A DNA stretch of 64,000 bases, from NCBI RefSeq assembly GCF_003704095.1, contig NW_020846216.1, forward strand, positions 124,001 to 188,000, written 5' to 3'. The notes below the pieces were generated by a model. That model was not told the origin of the DNA, made no database searches, and was given only the letters and a program-made list of their open reading frames with translations. Made by a program: the position numbers and the translations under genes. The DNA is from Pocillopora damicornis (lineage: Eukaryota). This document shows, piece after piece, positions 9,652 through 22,432 of the stretch (its first letter is position 1; the number at the start of each line of letters is the position of its first letter).

Positions 9652-12600
9652 TCACTCAACATCATCTTCATCCTCTTCACTGTTGGACTCTTCTGGACTT
9701 GACCCATCTTCTTCACTGCTGTCTTTCTCATCTTTTTCATCATTGCTCTCTTGTTCTGCTTCATTATCATCCTCTTTTAAATCTTCATCCTCGTCATCAT
9801 TATCATTTTCTAGGTTTCCATCCTCTTCTTCAATTTCAGCAGCTTCTTCACCTTCATCGTCCTCATCACCCTCTTCTTCTTCTTCCTCTTCCTCTTCTGC
9901 CACAGCTGTGTCCAGCTGATTCATACGCATTTCCTGAAGAACCAAAACCATTATCATAAGTAATAACACAAACCAAGGTGCTATAAATAGCGACATGTAA
10001 ACTTTTGACCTTGGTGCCTGATGAAGACTAGTAAGATAGCAGTCAAATTTTCCTGATCAATATACATATACAATTGATTATTCAATTCTTACATCGTGAG
10101 TCAGATGAACAGATTTTCTCTCTCCTCACAACATAAACTTATGAAACACATAAGCCCACTGGAAAATGGCTGCTGTACTAATTTCTTCAAATTAAAGGAC
10201 TTCTGATCAATGATTGAATGTTATTTTTATCACCAATTATGGCAAAATTAGGGAAAAGTAGCAGGGATATGATGGCAGACTAGCTGGTGGCTGTGGCTGA
10301 GCTCTTTTTGATGGCTCCTCACTCACCTGTGCCTTCTTTTCATTTTCATTCAATTCCCTGTGTTTCACCACTAGTTGAGAGACTGCAGATTGCACCCCAC
10401 CAGCACCACCACGAGCACGTCTCTTGCTCAGGTGAACTCTGCAATGAAATTTAATCTATGAATCACTGTGTACTGAAAAGTAAAAAATTCATATTCAATA
10501 TCAAAGAGCCCTTGACCCCAAAGGGTGATTAACATCCAATTTCTCCTTACAACATCACTCCCAAATCACACATTAAGGTCATGAGAATGAGAAGCTCTGG
10601 ATTATGAAACAAATTCTCCTCTTCAGCACCTAAGGGAGTGTATAGGGAACAGTACAAAGAGTATGCATACTGATGTTAGGGTGGTAAATCAGAACGTAGA
10701 CCTTACCTTGTTACCAGTTCATCATAGAAAACTCCTTCTCCCTCTCGGAACACAAAGAAGTAGTTTTCCTAGAAATGATAAGAGCAAATTAAGTTATTCT
10801 CACTGAAACTGCTACAGAAAGAAGAACATCAAACAGGAGAACAATTATGTCAATTAAACATCTCAAAAGTGACTCAAACCCTTTCGTCTTTACCTCATAA
10901 CCCTTGGTGGCCTTGTTCTTTACATTCCAATTGTATTCACGAGCCATTTTGTACTCATATCTGTGAAAAACAAAATAAAATAAGTATTCCCATGCAGGAT
11001 CTGATGTACAGAAAAAAAGGGATCTCCATGGTATTGATCTAATTTGGAAATGAAGACTCAAGGGGTTAAAAAATTCTCAACACCTGTATGTTTAATGCAA
11101 TTAAAAATGTATCAGGTAGAAACTGTTTCTTAATCTGACCCAGATTCTTGTAACTAAGGATGTGTGCAGCAGCTGAAGGGGAGAATTAACAATCAGATCT
11201 TGGGAGAATTTCTTCTTACAATATCAGCACAATATTAACCAGATAAGTGATGAGAATAAAGAAAACTATCAATTTGGGGATAATCAGTTGATCCAATACT
11301 AAATTCTTTGAACTAATGTTACAAGAATTGTATGGTTGACAATGAGGAGAATTAGAAATTTGATCTGGAAGTTAAAGGGTTAAAGTTGTATTTTACAGAG
11401 TAAATGGATACTTTATGTAAAAATACTCACTCTTCCTCCTCCATGTATTCTGTTTCACCTTCTTGGTCTCTTTTTCGTTTCCTGATTGTCTCTTTTGAGG
11501 GAAGGAAATATGCAACAAATTGATCTCCACTGGCATCCACCATACCTCTACAGGAGGAAAAAAACAATAGTCAGTTGAACTTAAAATGTGATTTAGTAAA
11601 TACTGCTTAGAAAAGAAGGCATTTAGTATCAGGTATAGCAATGAGCTGGTTTCTGTAGCACAGCACTGACTGCAAACTTGTCACAATAGAGGAATCCCTG
11701 ATTGAGCTAAATGACCTTTACCTGATCATTGCCTGCGACATTTCTTCATCCTCTGCTGGACCTCCTCTACCTCTTGGGGTAGGGTCAGTATCAAATATAA
11801 CATGAGCACAGGGCTGAGCCCACATCTAGAAATAAAAATTGAAAACACTTATAAGTTGATTAATAATAACTATTAATAATAACAAGTATGATGCAGTTTG
11901 TGGAGAAAAATATTAATTTTGAGCCTTCGGTTGAGTCAAGTAAAGTAGACTGGATTCAAAAATTCCCTTCCTATTAGACAGGGACCATGTTAGTCTAATA
12001 AGTTTTTTTAAAGTTAATCACAGGCTTGGTTATTTACATAAGATCTAACCAAAACTGCCATTTCATGCAAGCAGTAGACCTCTGTGATTTTCCATAAGAG
12101 GGTTGATTTGATGAAATAAATTTCCCTCCACTGTCAGCTTTCACCCCTCTTGACACAGTTCATAAAAATAAATGTTCAGATAAAAGGTTCGGCTAAACTG
12201 AAGATGGATTAGAATGCTGTTTTGCAAAACAACAGCTAAACTCTGTTAAAATGACTGGCCCTTAAACACTTTGCAAACCAGGTGAAGTCACTCTACATTT
12301 CTGTGATTGCATATTTACAGTTGTAATCACTATCAAGGAGATATCAAATGTTAACCATTTGTGGCCAAATGACCAAAAAGTTTGGGACATAATGGTTTTG
12401 TTTAATTCTGTTGCACCCCTTAAAATCAAATGCTTAATCTACTGACCTCTTGTAAATTAACGAATGACAAGTTAGTAAAAAACACATTAAGTGCGAAAAG
12501 TCACTGAAGAACAATTATACAATTATTTATTTACCTGGAAATCTGGAAACACTGGAAGAACTTCCAGAGGTGTTACACCAGGCTTTGTTGGATGGCGTAG

Positions 12601-14807
12601 AATCTGAAAAAATTCAGACAAAGTTTGGAAAGCAGGTCACAGAGGCTTCAACACTTTCTTTAAACAGGATGAACCTTCAAAACACTAAAATGATTTTTCA
12701 AGTCTATATGAACAAGGATTTGTAACATACAAGAACTGAAGCTATGCTTAACAATTGTCAAGAGTAATTATCAAACTCTATAAATCCATGAGGTTTTTTA
12801 GGTCAATGCAGACCTGGTTGTACAGTAATGCACCACATGACTGAATATGCCCTGGAAAAAGCTGCCAAATGCTTAACTAAATAGGGTGCTCTTTTCATCA
12901 GTTTACCTGCATAATAACCCACACGTAAAAAAAAATTTCTTTGTTTCTCGGAACATAATTCCACTAACAATAACTGTTCAAGGACGTTTTCATTCCAAAT
13001 GGGGGCCTTTGTTCAAATGTCTTTAGACGTTCATGGTCACTTACTGGTCTCTGAGCAGCATCAAATGTGCTTTCAATGGCAGAAATCTGACTTTCACGGT
13101 CCTACAAGAAAAATAAAGAGGAAAAAACTTGAGCCTTACTGCTGCTTCTTTGTTCCTCATAAACTAAATTATAAAAGATAAGTTTATATTTAGTGAATTA
13201 TAAGTCACCTTGTAAATATCTGTGCCTTGGAATTTCTTTTTCACATTGAATCCAACCCTGGAAACAGGCAAAAAAACTTAATACATAAATTTACAAAATA
13301 TAGACAAATGTCACACATACCACAAGAACATGACTCACTTTGTCTCCACCATTTCATTACTGGTGCGACTTCTGTTGTACTCAGTTGAAATGTATTCAGT
13401 TCTTCTCAGCCAGGACACATTCTTGTTATGGTGGGCTGTCCTGTAAACAACAGAAAGATGGATAAAGGAGTAACTTTCTAAAAACACTGTGGTGCTGCTT
13501 CAGTGGGAGAGTATAACAGGGTAATCTGGTTTTTGTCAACTGAGTTGATAACGTAAATTGGCCATCATAAAGAGTTACAAAGCTGAAGTTTCATGCATTA
13601 GCCCTTCGCCATTTGCTTTGACAAAGGGCCAACACTCAAAATGTCAGCCTTGTGACTATTTATGGTGGTGGATTTATGTTATTAACTCAGTTGATAATAT
13701 CAAATTACCTTGAAACACAAAGATGGTATGAGTTGCAAACTAAGTATCAGTTTCATTAAAAATCCCAAAATGTTTTGATGTACTTGTCAAATGTCTTAGC
13801 AATTATTGTCTTGATAGGATTCTCTGGGTGGACTTAACCCTTTCACTTCCATGAGTGACCAAAAAGTAAATTTCTCCTTACAATGTTGTTACATTTTCAA
13901 GTAAATGCAAGGAGAAGAAAGGAAATAAATTTTAGGATGTTGTTGGATAGTTAGTATGGAGTACAGTGAAGAGAATTGGTATTTTGATCTTTGGAGTGAA
14001 AGGCTGAAGGAGGTTTTGCTTCAGTTATTATTTCAATGCAAAAGGAATATAATCTNNNNNNNNNNNNNNNNNNNNNNNNNNNNNNNNNNNNNNNNNNNNN
14101 NNNNNNNNNNNNNNNNNNNNNNNNNNNNNNNNNNNNNNNNNNNNNNNNNNNNNNNTTTTGCTCTTGTAAAATGTATAACTAATTCTAAATTACCTGTTTG
14201 ATTCAAAAGGATAAGCAATGAACTTGGCATCAAAAGGAATATCTGGTAGATTGTTGTTATATTTAACCCGGGAAACAAAATCAGCCTTGCTGCAAATAAG
14301 AACACGCAGAGAAAAACAATTGTTGATAATTTGACAGAAAAATTGAAGGAATAAGGTAAATTTTTTTTCAATTTTAGATGAACTAATTAAGTGAAGAATA
14401 GTTAACAATCTAGTAAAAAGCTTACCTTACTGTTTGACGCAATGAACTTTGCCTGCAAAAGACGTAACATACAGGGTTACACCATTTTCTTGAGCAAATT
14501 TCAAAGTGAGACAGAATAACATCCTTTGTCGATCCTTACATCACTTCATACTGAAAGTAACCACGAAACCTGCTGACTGGCGGGTTAGTCTGACACATCA
14601 GTTCAGAACTACCTTACCAACAGTTGTATTTACTACTGTTAACCTGAGAGAAGTTAACGCAGAATATTATTTTGCATAAAGAAACAAACAACAAGCAACA
14701 GCGCTAGCATTACAACAAACTTTACGTCGCTGTCACTTTTCTCTCAGCTGGTCTAACCTTCTGTCCTGATCTCTGTTCTTTTGTCCATCCTGGATTGTTG
14801 GGGGCAT
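9652..14807 (-). CDS. PAF1: RNA polymerase II-associated factor 1 (PAF1); one or more exons lie in an assembly gap
   Basis: Exons 14807-14758, 14452-14426, 14289-14194, [gap 14056-14155], 13440-13339, 13257-13209, 13101-13045, 12603-12535, 11825-11722, 11547-11431, 10960-10894, 10768-10707, 10438-10327 and 9933-9652. Peptides [78 protein letters not shown] and RVHLSKRR, plus an acidic tail, match PAF1. Confidence 0.97.
10015..10050 (+). ncRNA. Degenerate minimal hammerhead ribozyme motif in the last PAF1 intron (antisense to PAF1)
   Basis: CTGATGA-A-GACT-agtaagatagc-AGTC-AAAT. The first core box and a 4-bp stem II are present; the GAAA box is mutated. Confidence 0.4.
10510..10683. mobile_element. 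TTAA-type MITE, subfamily 2 (degenerate)
   Basis: Homologous to 6464-6674. Confidence 0.65.
11205..11383. mobile_element. TTAA-type MITE, subfamily 3 (one end truncated)
   Basis: Homologous to 56813-57024 and, inverted, 61196-61405. Ends GAAGTTAAAGGGTTAA. Confidence 0.7.
13468..13710. mobile_element. Fold-back Penelope-like 3' remnant with two opposed decayed hammerhead motifs
   Basis: Inverted arms surround AGCTGAAGTTTCATGCATTAGCCCTTCGCCA / TTTGACAAAGGGCCAACACTCAAAATGTCAGC. These are CpG-decayed versions of CTGACGAAGGGCTAACGCTCGAAACGTCAGC. Confidence 0.7.
13834..14006. mobile_element. TTAA-type MITE, subfamily 3 (degenerate)
   Basis: TTAACCCTTTCACTTCCATGAGTGACC...GATCTTTGGAGTGAAAGG. Confidence 0.6.
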
Positions 14808-15365
14808 CTTGAATACGGACAGATTCCAAAGAAGATGAAAACACCTCTTAAAACAGTCGCTATGGCTCTACATGACTACAAGGTAACACATGTGCACTAT
14901 TCCCGAAACTAAATCCAAGATGGCTACCTACCGGTTGAGTAGAACTGGTAATGAGGCTAGACCCAGTATCTGCGCCGTAAACAGGATAATTGACTGCTGG
15001 TTCACATCTCGGATATTCCGAAAATTTATTGCTGCGTTACTTGCAGTTGCCGACCAACCTCGAAATAGATTTGAAACATCATATCGAGAAATAAAATCTT
15101 GTGCACATCGATTCTTTCTAAGGCTTTTTTGAAGCAAACAACTTACAATATTCAGGTAGCGAAACTAATGAGTACCCTTTGTCTGACACAATGTGCTCTC
15201 CTTTGAAAAATTCTGGCTACGCCCCTGCTTCCTTTATTCTAATTCGAAACGAGTTTAAAATGGAAAAATACAAGAGTTGGGATTCTTAAAAAGAATTTAT
15301 CACTATTTTTCAAACTACTTGCCACCGCTTTATTTCTGGTCATCCTCAAGGAGATTAAAGATCGC

Positions 15366-15488
15366 GGATCAATATCAACCCACCTACCTCTCCCCTAACC
15401 CAACATTAACCCTAGTTTATTATCAATAGACTGTTGTTGGGTTAGGGGTGGGGTAGGTGGGCAGGTGCCCAGATACTGATATTGATCC
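15366..15488. mobile_element. Palindromic (hairpin) MITE with a deletion in the left arm
   Basis: GGATCAATATCA...CCCACCTACCTCTCCCCTAACCCAACA / TGTTGGGTTAGGGGTGGGGTAGGTGGG...TGATATTGATCC. A full copy is at 33963-34099. Confidence 0.8.
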
Positions 15489-15834
15489 AAGATCGCACCC
15501 AAAAATATTAGAATATCTTTGACATTATATCAGCTTCTAACCCTACATGTCCTATACAAGCTGGAAAAACGCATAACATTGTAAGAAATGTATGACACAC
15601 AGTAAGGAGAATTACTAATGAGATCTCGGAAAGGGTTAAAATATTTCACGTGCAGGCTAAGGTGCTTGTCGTTTCAGCAAGATGGCCAGACATTCTTCCA
15701 CAAGAGCTCAGGGTCATCTATTCTTGGACGAGAACTACCATCTCCAGGATTCCGAATCTTGCTTCGAATTTTGTAGAGATCTTTATTCGGAGGCTTTGTT
15801 TTCTACCTTAAACTCTGACCAACCGTTTTCTAAC

Positions 15835-16047
15835 TTAATCCTTTAACTACAAGAAGTGATTAGCATGTGACTTCTCGCTGTAATATCCATACATTATCCA
15901 GTGAGCAGGTAATGAGAATACTCAAACTTATCAGGTACAACTTGCTATTTGATCTAACACAAAATTCTCAGAACTTATTTACCATGAAGTCTGTTACAGC
16001 TAAAGGGGAAAGTTAACAATAAGATTTTTTGAGAGTTGAAGGGTTAA
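15835..16047. mobile_element. TTAA-type MITE, subfamily 1 (inverted orientation)
   Basis: Reverse complement of 1436-1646, with TTAA at both ends. Confidence 0.7.
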
Positions 16048-17768
16048 AATAAAAGCAGCCGTGAACATCGATTAACACTTTTCTAAATTCATTTCTTACT
16101 CTCATGATCCATTTTTTTTTTTTTTTTACTAATCATTATTCTTATCCCAATCAAAGTGTTATTTAATTATTGTATCATTATCTATACATATATTATTTCC
16201 TATGTTTCTATGGCTTTGTGATGTGGAATTGATAATAATTGACAGCTATTTGCCGAAGTGGGAATGGCTAGTGATGGATATTTATTCCTGCAACGATTAC
16301 AATATTTTCTTTCCAAGGGACACACTGACTCGGCAGAGGCTCGAACCCAGACCTCTTAGCCCAGTGTCTGTCGCAAAAACTACATTACCATATATGTTGA
16401 CTCCTTTTATTGTGAAAACTGAAAAAAAAATTTTGCACCAGAAAGAAAAAGTGATCGTTATTACTTTTCTGTCTACAATGCTATATCTTTAACTATATCT
16501 TTAACAATATTTAATCAATAAAACCAAAAATTTCTTTAAATATTATTGAACTAAACTGGGCCTCGTTGTCCATATCAATCTTATCGTTATTTATCAAAAT
16601 CAAACCTCTACAGTTTCATTAAGGCTGGTGTTTGCTAAGGGAGGTCATTATTTGTTAACTAAAATGCTTTTGTGGGAGAAATTTTTTAGTGAAAGCTCGT
16701 TTGATTAACATGAATTCAACCACAACTATAAAAATCACGTTAAAAAATTGTGTTCTGTACATTTAAACCGTAAACTAAATACGATAAGATTTTCTTTACC
16801 TCAGATCTACGGTAAAGTTAATTTTTTTTCCATCTTAAGTTGTTTGCACAGCTAAAATAATAAAATTAACGGCCTTCGTTTGAACATCTTTGTACCTTTT
16901 TGTCTTTGAAAAAAATTATGGATATTTTTGTTTATGATAAAAGACAGAATTTGAACCAATTTTTGGTAAGAATAATTCAAGTCTCACAGTCTTTTTCAGC
17001 TTTTTTTGAAGATGATAGATCAGCGATCAGGATAACTTTGCTCACAAACCTGCACTAAATTATATGGCGGTTTGGTAATTATGACCAGATGTTTTTGGTA
17101 AAACTCATCACTTTCCAGAAATGAATAGAAAAATATAAAGTAGACTGGATCAAGTCAAAACTGAGGAAATCTCAAGAATAATCTATCTTAGTGATAACAT
17201 ATTTACTGCCTCAACTCTAGCCCATAATTTCAAGGGCACTTTACAGAATATTTACAATAAAACCTGTTAGTTATATCAATTTGCAGTAAAATCAAATAAA
17301 ATTGCGTTTTATGATATGAGGCGCGAGTAAACCTATCTTAAGAAAACCTACTCGTTTTTATTTCCAACGGGGAACTATTTTGAAGCACTATCAGGAAATG
17401 ACATGCTCCCAATTTCCGTTTCATTTACAATAGGTGTTAATTCAGCTTTTATTAATAATCCCCAGTGTACTTGGAAGCATCATATTTACTATTTGTTTTC
17501 AATTCATTTTCATCAGGAGTATTTGTCCTTAAAAACAAATATGACGGCAATATTCAAAGGCTGACAAAGATCAACAAACGCCTACAAAAAAAATTATCTT
17601 CTATGGTTTGTAACTCTGGATAAATTTTTGACGGTATCCTGTTACTTTCCTTTTTCTTGACATCAAACCAATTGACTTTCTCTCTGAATATTATTTAAAT
17701 ATATTCACGACAACTCATCTACTTTGTTTATTAAATATAGGGCTGCGATTTACACTTAGAAGGACACG

Positions 17769-20700
17769 ATGATAGGGTGGAAAGCCTTTTTCTGTGTGAT
17801 AAGCCTTCAACTTTTTGTCCTCCACTCGCAAGGTACGTTTTCATATTTTCCAAAGGGGCTTCATCTGACGGCCGGTACTCAATTCCACACGGATCCATTT
17901 GTAGATGTTATACTGTATTTTGTAGTACTCTGTGAATCACAGAGCTCAGTTTGAAAATAATAAGGCCTTTATAAACAGGTGTTTATGAACATTAGCCGAT
18001 AACAGTTACCATAAACTATAACATGTAGGACAAAACACTGGGAGCCTTCGTTATCTCATGATTTTGGACTTACAAATATATAGGCATCTTTTAGTGTAAC
18101 TTTCCCATCAAGCTTTGCTATTCGTCGGAAAATGTACTTTTGCTACTTGTACTTTTGTTCTAAAGTTTCTAGCGGTGGCACAGAGATACAACGGGACAAT
18201 GCTTGCTTAAGATATGCAAGATTGACGAAAGTTCATCATCGAGTAATCTTGTGTAATATTTACATACACCAAAATTGCGAAATACAAGTTTTCTAACTGT
18301 CCCTCTTTTTTTTTTTTACTTATTTAGGCTCATCAGAGTGGGACCAACTACGAGGTTTGACATAAAAATGGTCAAAAGTAATTTATCTATAATCATTTAC
18401 GCAGCAAATTGATTTCATTTATATCTTTCCAGTTCCAACAGTACTTATTATGCGATTGGTACTACATGATGGTATCATACACTGCACAGCATAAGAGCAG
18501 TAACATAGTGTTGTCCGTCAATAAATAGATAATTGATGAGATACCTGAGTTTCTTTTGTTTCGAGAAAGTGAAACCTTTACTTGTCGAGATATCAATGTT
18601 GTCATGGCAACCAGATTGTGAACACGGTTGATACTTACTTACTTCAGGGTAATGAATCTTTGATGAACAATTGATGACTGGCCCAAAGTGAAACAGTGAT
18701 TCGTGTTTCCCAGAGACCTTTAATATTTCTCGAGTGGAAGCCAAGGGGAACATTATGCGCCACCTATTTAATTAAGCAAAGATTAACCGTTGTTTAAAAA
18801 AAAACCACGCTCTTAACTATCTTCGATTTAGGTGAATTTTTTGTCTGTACATAGATTTTTGAGAACAGTTTCAAGAATGCCGCGAGCTAACGGTGAAAGA
18901 ACATTTATTTAATTAAATCAACCCTCTTATAGAGAGTATCCGCGGCCCATTGATTGCGTAAAACCGTGGTTTGGGTTAGACCTCGTGTAATAACTGTCCC
19001 TATGAGTCCAAGGAAAAAGAAACTCACTACAGGGGTCCTCTTGGGCCAATGGCGCGGTAGTAGTTTTGCTATGCCTCCCAACACAATAGCAGAAAGTGTT
19101 ACTGATTAAGAATAATAAATGAAAGCTCAGTTTATATATTTCTTGCAGTGACATTTATGAAGTTTACTTCCTATCCACTGACTTCCCAACAGGCAGTGCA
19201 GGCTGGCTGGAGGCAAGACGCGAAATGCTCAGGTACTGGGCCTGAACGAAGTACTCTGGCGTGTGAAGTGTTCAATCTATTATGCAGAAATTATACTTTC
19301 CTATTTCATGGTTACAATGTGCGGTTTCAAACATTTTCCTCTTCTCCCGTTGTTCGTCTATGATTTAGTCAGTTTTGTTGTGTTATGGAAACCGTCACCA
19401 CGGAAACTACAACCTAAACGAATGTCTCATGACTTTCCTTCTTACCCAGTTCTCCCTACAGACATGCGCGAAATATCAACATAGAATTGGATGTTGGACC
19501 TTAGCATACTTAGTACCACTATCTGACAGTCTTTAAACTTTTTAATTCAGATGTTACTTCGTTGTTTATCCTATACAGGAAAAGCCAAGTTTTTCTATGG
19601 CAATCGTTATTCCCAAAAGGACGATGATGCCACGAGGCTCATCTTTGACTGTGATGGGAGCTTGGCAGGAATGCAGGCAACGGTAAGAAAGTACATCAAT
19701 TTATGAACTTGTCAATCTGGTTGAAAGCACACCCCAAGGAGCACGTGCCCACTTCATTATATTTCTAGAGCACCACACGACTCGCGTAACGTGTTTGTTT
19801 TTGTCATACGTTAAATTTGGATCCATTGTTTGTCGTGAATATTTTTAAGAAAGGAGATAACCCCTGACTCCAGATCCAAATATCCAATTTCTAGGCCAGG
19901 TTGATGTGCTGTGTTCGTGGGTAAGACGCGTTGCAATTGCAACGTCCTTTTTCCCCCAGGAGTATGAAGGGGTAAAACTGTCCACCATATCCCGCGGGAT
20001 AAGGCTAGAAGGAACTCCGGGAACGAGACTGGGGGTGCAGACTGAAGCCTTTTTTCTGCATTTGAACCGGTGACCAGCTGAAGTAGCCAAGTGCACTTCC
20101 ACTTTGCATTTAAGCATCCATTTTGCAATTACATCCCATCACTTCATCGTAATCTGCATTTATTTCTCCTCGTGTACTTCCTCGATTATCTCAGATCTAT
20201 CAAACGAATGAATATCCGAACCCACATGACCGGTATCCGTGGATTTCACTCGATGATGGACGGGTGGCTGTCACTGTTTACTTCCGGGATCCAGACGAAA
20301 TTTGCGTCTGCAAAGGGAAGTGTAACAAGGGTGCAAATAACAAACCACCAATAGGAGACCGGGTGTGGATTCAAATGGCTGACTTCCGCCTAAAGAAAGA
20401 CGTCATGGTTGTGCCTCTTGATGCAAATCAGATTTCAGGGACGCCATGGGTTGAAGGAACTTGTATTCCTGGAATGGGTATAAATAATTTTAATTGAATA
20501 ATAAGCTTTGATATTTATTTCAAATCATGTACGAAATGGATTATTCAACACCCTGGGGAAGGAATTCCTGCCATTTACAGAAACCATCTTTCTGGAAATT
20601 TAATGAGTGACATTTCGTGGCTCAAACTGGCAAGCAACGCTGTGCTTCGGACTATGGCAACCTTCTGCATTTGTTTGAAAAAAAAAACAAAACAAAAAAA

Positions 20701-21513
20701 AGAAATGAAAAGAAAAATGAGAAAAAGAACGTCGGAATGAATCAGCTGCGAATCCTCTTAGCGCAGTTGGTCAATATACAAACTATTTTCTCCCTGTTCT
20801 TTCGACAGGTGTCCACTATCATTACAATATCTCTGTTGACTTGGATTGTTATAAAAGCCTGCCAGTCTTTCTGTTGTTCAGTCAGAAAACGAAATCTTTG
20901 ATTGGTTTTGGCTGGGGCGGACCAGTTGACGTCACAAGCGACGCATGGGAGAAGCCAGATCCGTCTCTTTTTGCGGTGAGTGCATAGCCAGTGTTACTAT
21001 CCTCAACCGCTCGTTGGTCATATCACGCAGCATACTCTGTTCCGCTTTGTTATTGCGTGACAAGACTAAATAACAGCTGTGACAACGACATTTTCTTCTT
21101 TCTTTTGCTGTTTTTACTTTTATTTTATTTTATGTTTTTTTCATCCGTTAATTAAACACAAGTTGATCATATCATTTCTCACCAGACTGACCATTCGCTA
21201 TTGTATAAAATGTTTACAGAGAAGCTAAGTACTCAGCTATCACGGAAGTGAAAGAGTTAACAACTCTTGGCTCTAAGAGTCACGCCTTCAGTTCTTTTAT
21301 CATAATCAGTGTGCATTTGCATGAGCATTTCAGTAGGGCCATGTTAGGACCTTTTGGAGTTAAGTGCTAATTTGCGGGAAAATATATTGGTCTGTATTTT
21401 TTTTTCAGAGATCGATGAAGCCAGAGACAACACCTGCTTGCCTGAAAGATCTCCAAATGGTGTCCGTTCAACATGTCTATTTTGTGGACCCTTTAAAAAT
21501 CGCTTGTGTTTAG
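17769..21513 (+). CDS. Uncharacterised secreted Cys-containing protein, paralog A (7 exons, 277 aa)
   Basis: Exons 17769-17832 (signal peptide MIGWKAFFCVISLQLFVLHSQG), 18328-18354, 19149-19232, 19579-19682, 20195-20477, 20809-20975 and 21409-21513 splice in frame with GT-AG. Every exon has a homologous, phase-matched exon in paralog B. Confidence 0.88.
19855..20100 (+). mobile_element. Degenerate tRNA-derived SINE
   Basis: CTGACTCCAGATCC...GTGCTGTGTTCGTGGGTAAGAC...CCCAGGAGTAT is shared with 31745-31905. Confidence 0.5.
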
Positions 21514-22048
21514 ACAGACATCTCGAAAACAATTTCTGCGATTTCCCTTCAACGTGACAATGATGTGACTGATCTTAAAAAAAAAAGATTCAAAATTACA
21601 TAAACTCAGCTTTATATTTAACGGATTAAAACTGAATTTACTTTAGTTTACTCTTCGTCATTGTAATTGTTGGCATGATTGACTCAATATATTCTTGTGA
21701 ACGACTAGCGTACAATATAGTTCATTTTTAAATAATTTCCCCCAAACTTTCAAGACCCAGTATTGGCTAGTATGCATTGCACGCCTCTTTTTTTTTTTTT
21801 TTTGGTTTTCACGAGAGCGAGGCTTGTATTGTTTTCCCGAAGCTTGTGGTATAATCAACATCGAGTTGATTGCCGCCGATGGCTAGCGCTGCCCGCAATG
21901 CATACTGGTCAAAAGTAGGTCCTTAAGGTCATTCTTCATTTGAATACTACATTGCGCATCCTAATGCGCATCATTTTCACGCATGAGTAGCGCGCGCATA
22001 CTTAAAAATGATTAGGTCGGAGTTCGCCAATCATTTAAATGAATGAAG

Positions 22049-22158
22049 GGGGTAAGTTTCTCAAGAAACAGTGGTGCTGCGTCGTTGGGAGAGTAAAGCA
22101 GTTAATTTAGTGTTCACAACTCAGTTGAAAACGTAAATTGGCCACCGTAAAGGGTAAA

Positions 22159-22193
<35 letters not shown>

Positions 22194-22432
22194 GCGACTG
22201 GAGGAATTATGGGTTGTGGGTGAGTTTATATGCAGAAAGTGGAGCTACGCTATTGGTGGGAATATGGTGACGAGAGAACAGGAATACATTAGTTAAATGA
22301 AAAGCGCTCGTTAATTCCGTGGGGATGAGGGTGCCGATTTGGAAGATAAATTTTTGCAATGTGCCAGTTTTTCGATAAACGTGGCTATCCTGTTTCTGGC
22401 GTCCAAGCGGGCCACCACCGTGCCCAACAACA
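22049..22432 (-). mobile_element. Truncated Penelope-like element with a 5' inversion
   Basis: Minus strand 22357-22290 reads QKFIFQIGTL.PHGINERFSFN* with a 1-nt frameshift, resembling a GIY-YIG C-terminus. It is followed by a 3' UTR with a hammerhead motif (22195-22162). Plus strand 22359-22430 reads MCQFFDKRGYPVSGVQAGHHRAQQ, resembling a PLE RT-thumb/linker, and is therefore inverted. Confidence 0.8.
22162..22195 (-). ncRNA. Minimal type I hammerhead ribozyme motif, G12 mutated
   Basis: GCT-CTGACGA-A-GGGC-taac-GCTC-AAAA-C-GTC-AGC. GAAA is changed to AAAA at 22172. Confidence 0.7.

Noticed and set aside
9489-9959. His/Leu-rich and poly-Ser plus-strand ORFs
   Set aside because: Antisense shadows of the acidic PAF1 terminal exon.
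14890-15137. Short ORFs beside the PAF1 start (possible divergent gene)
   Set aside because: No recognisable protein motif or continuing exons. The internal ATG at 14920 coincides with a YY1-like promoter motif (CAAGATGGC).
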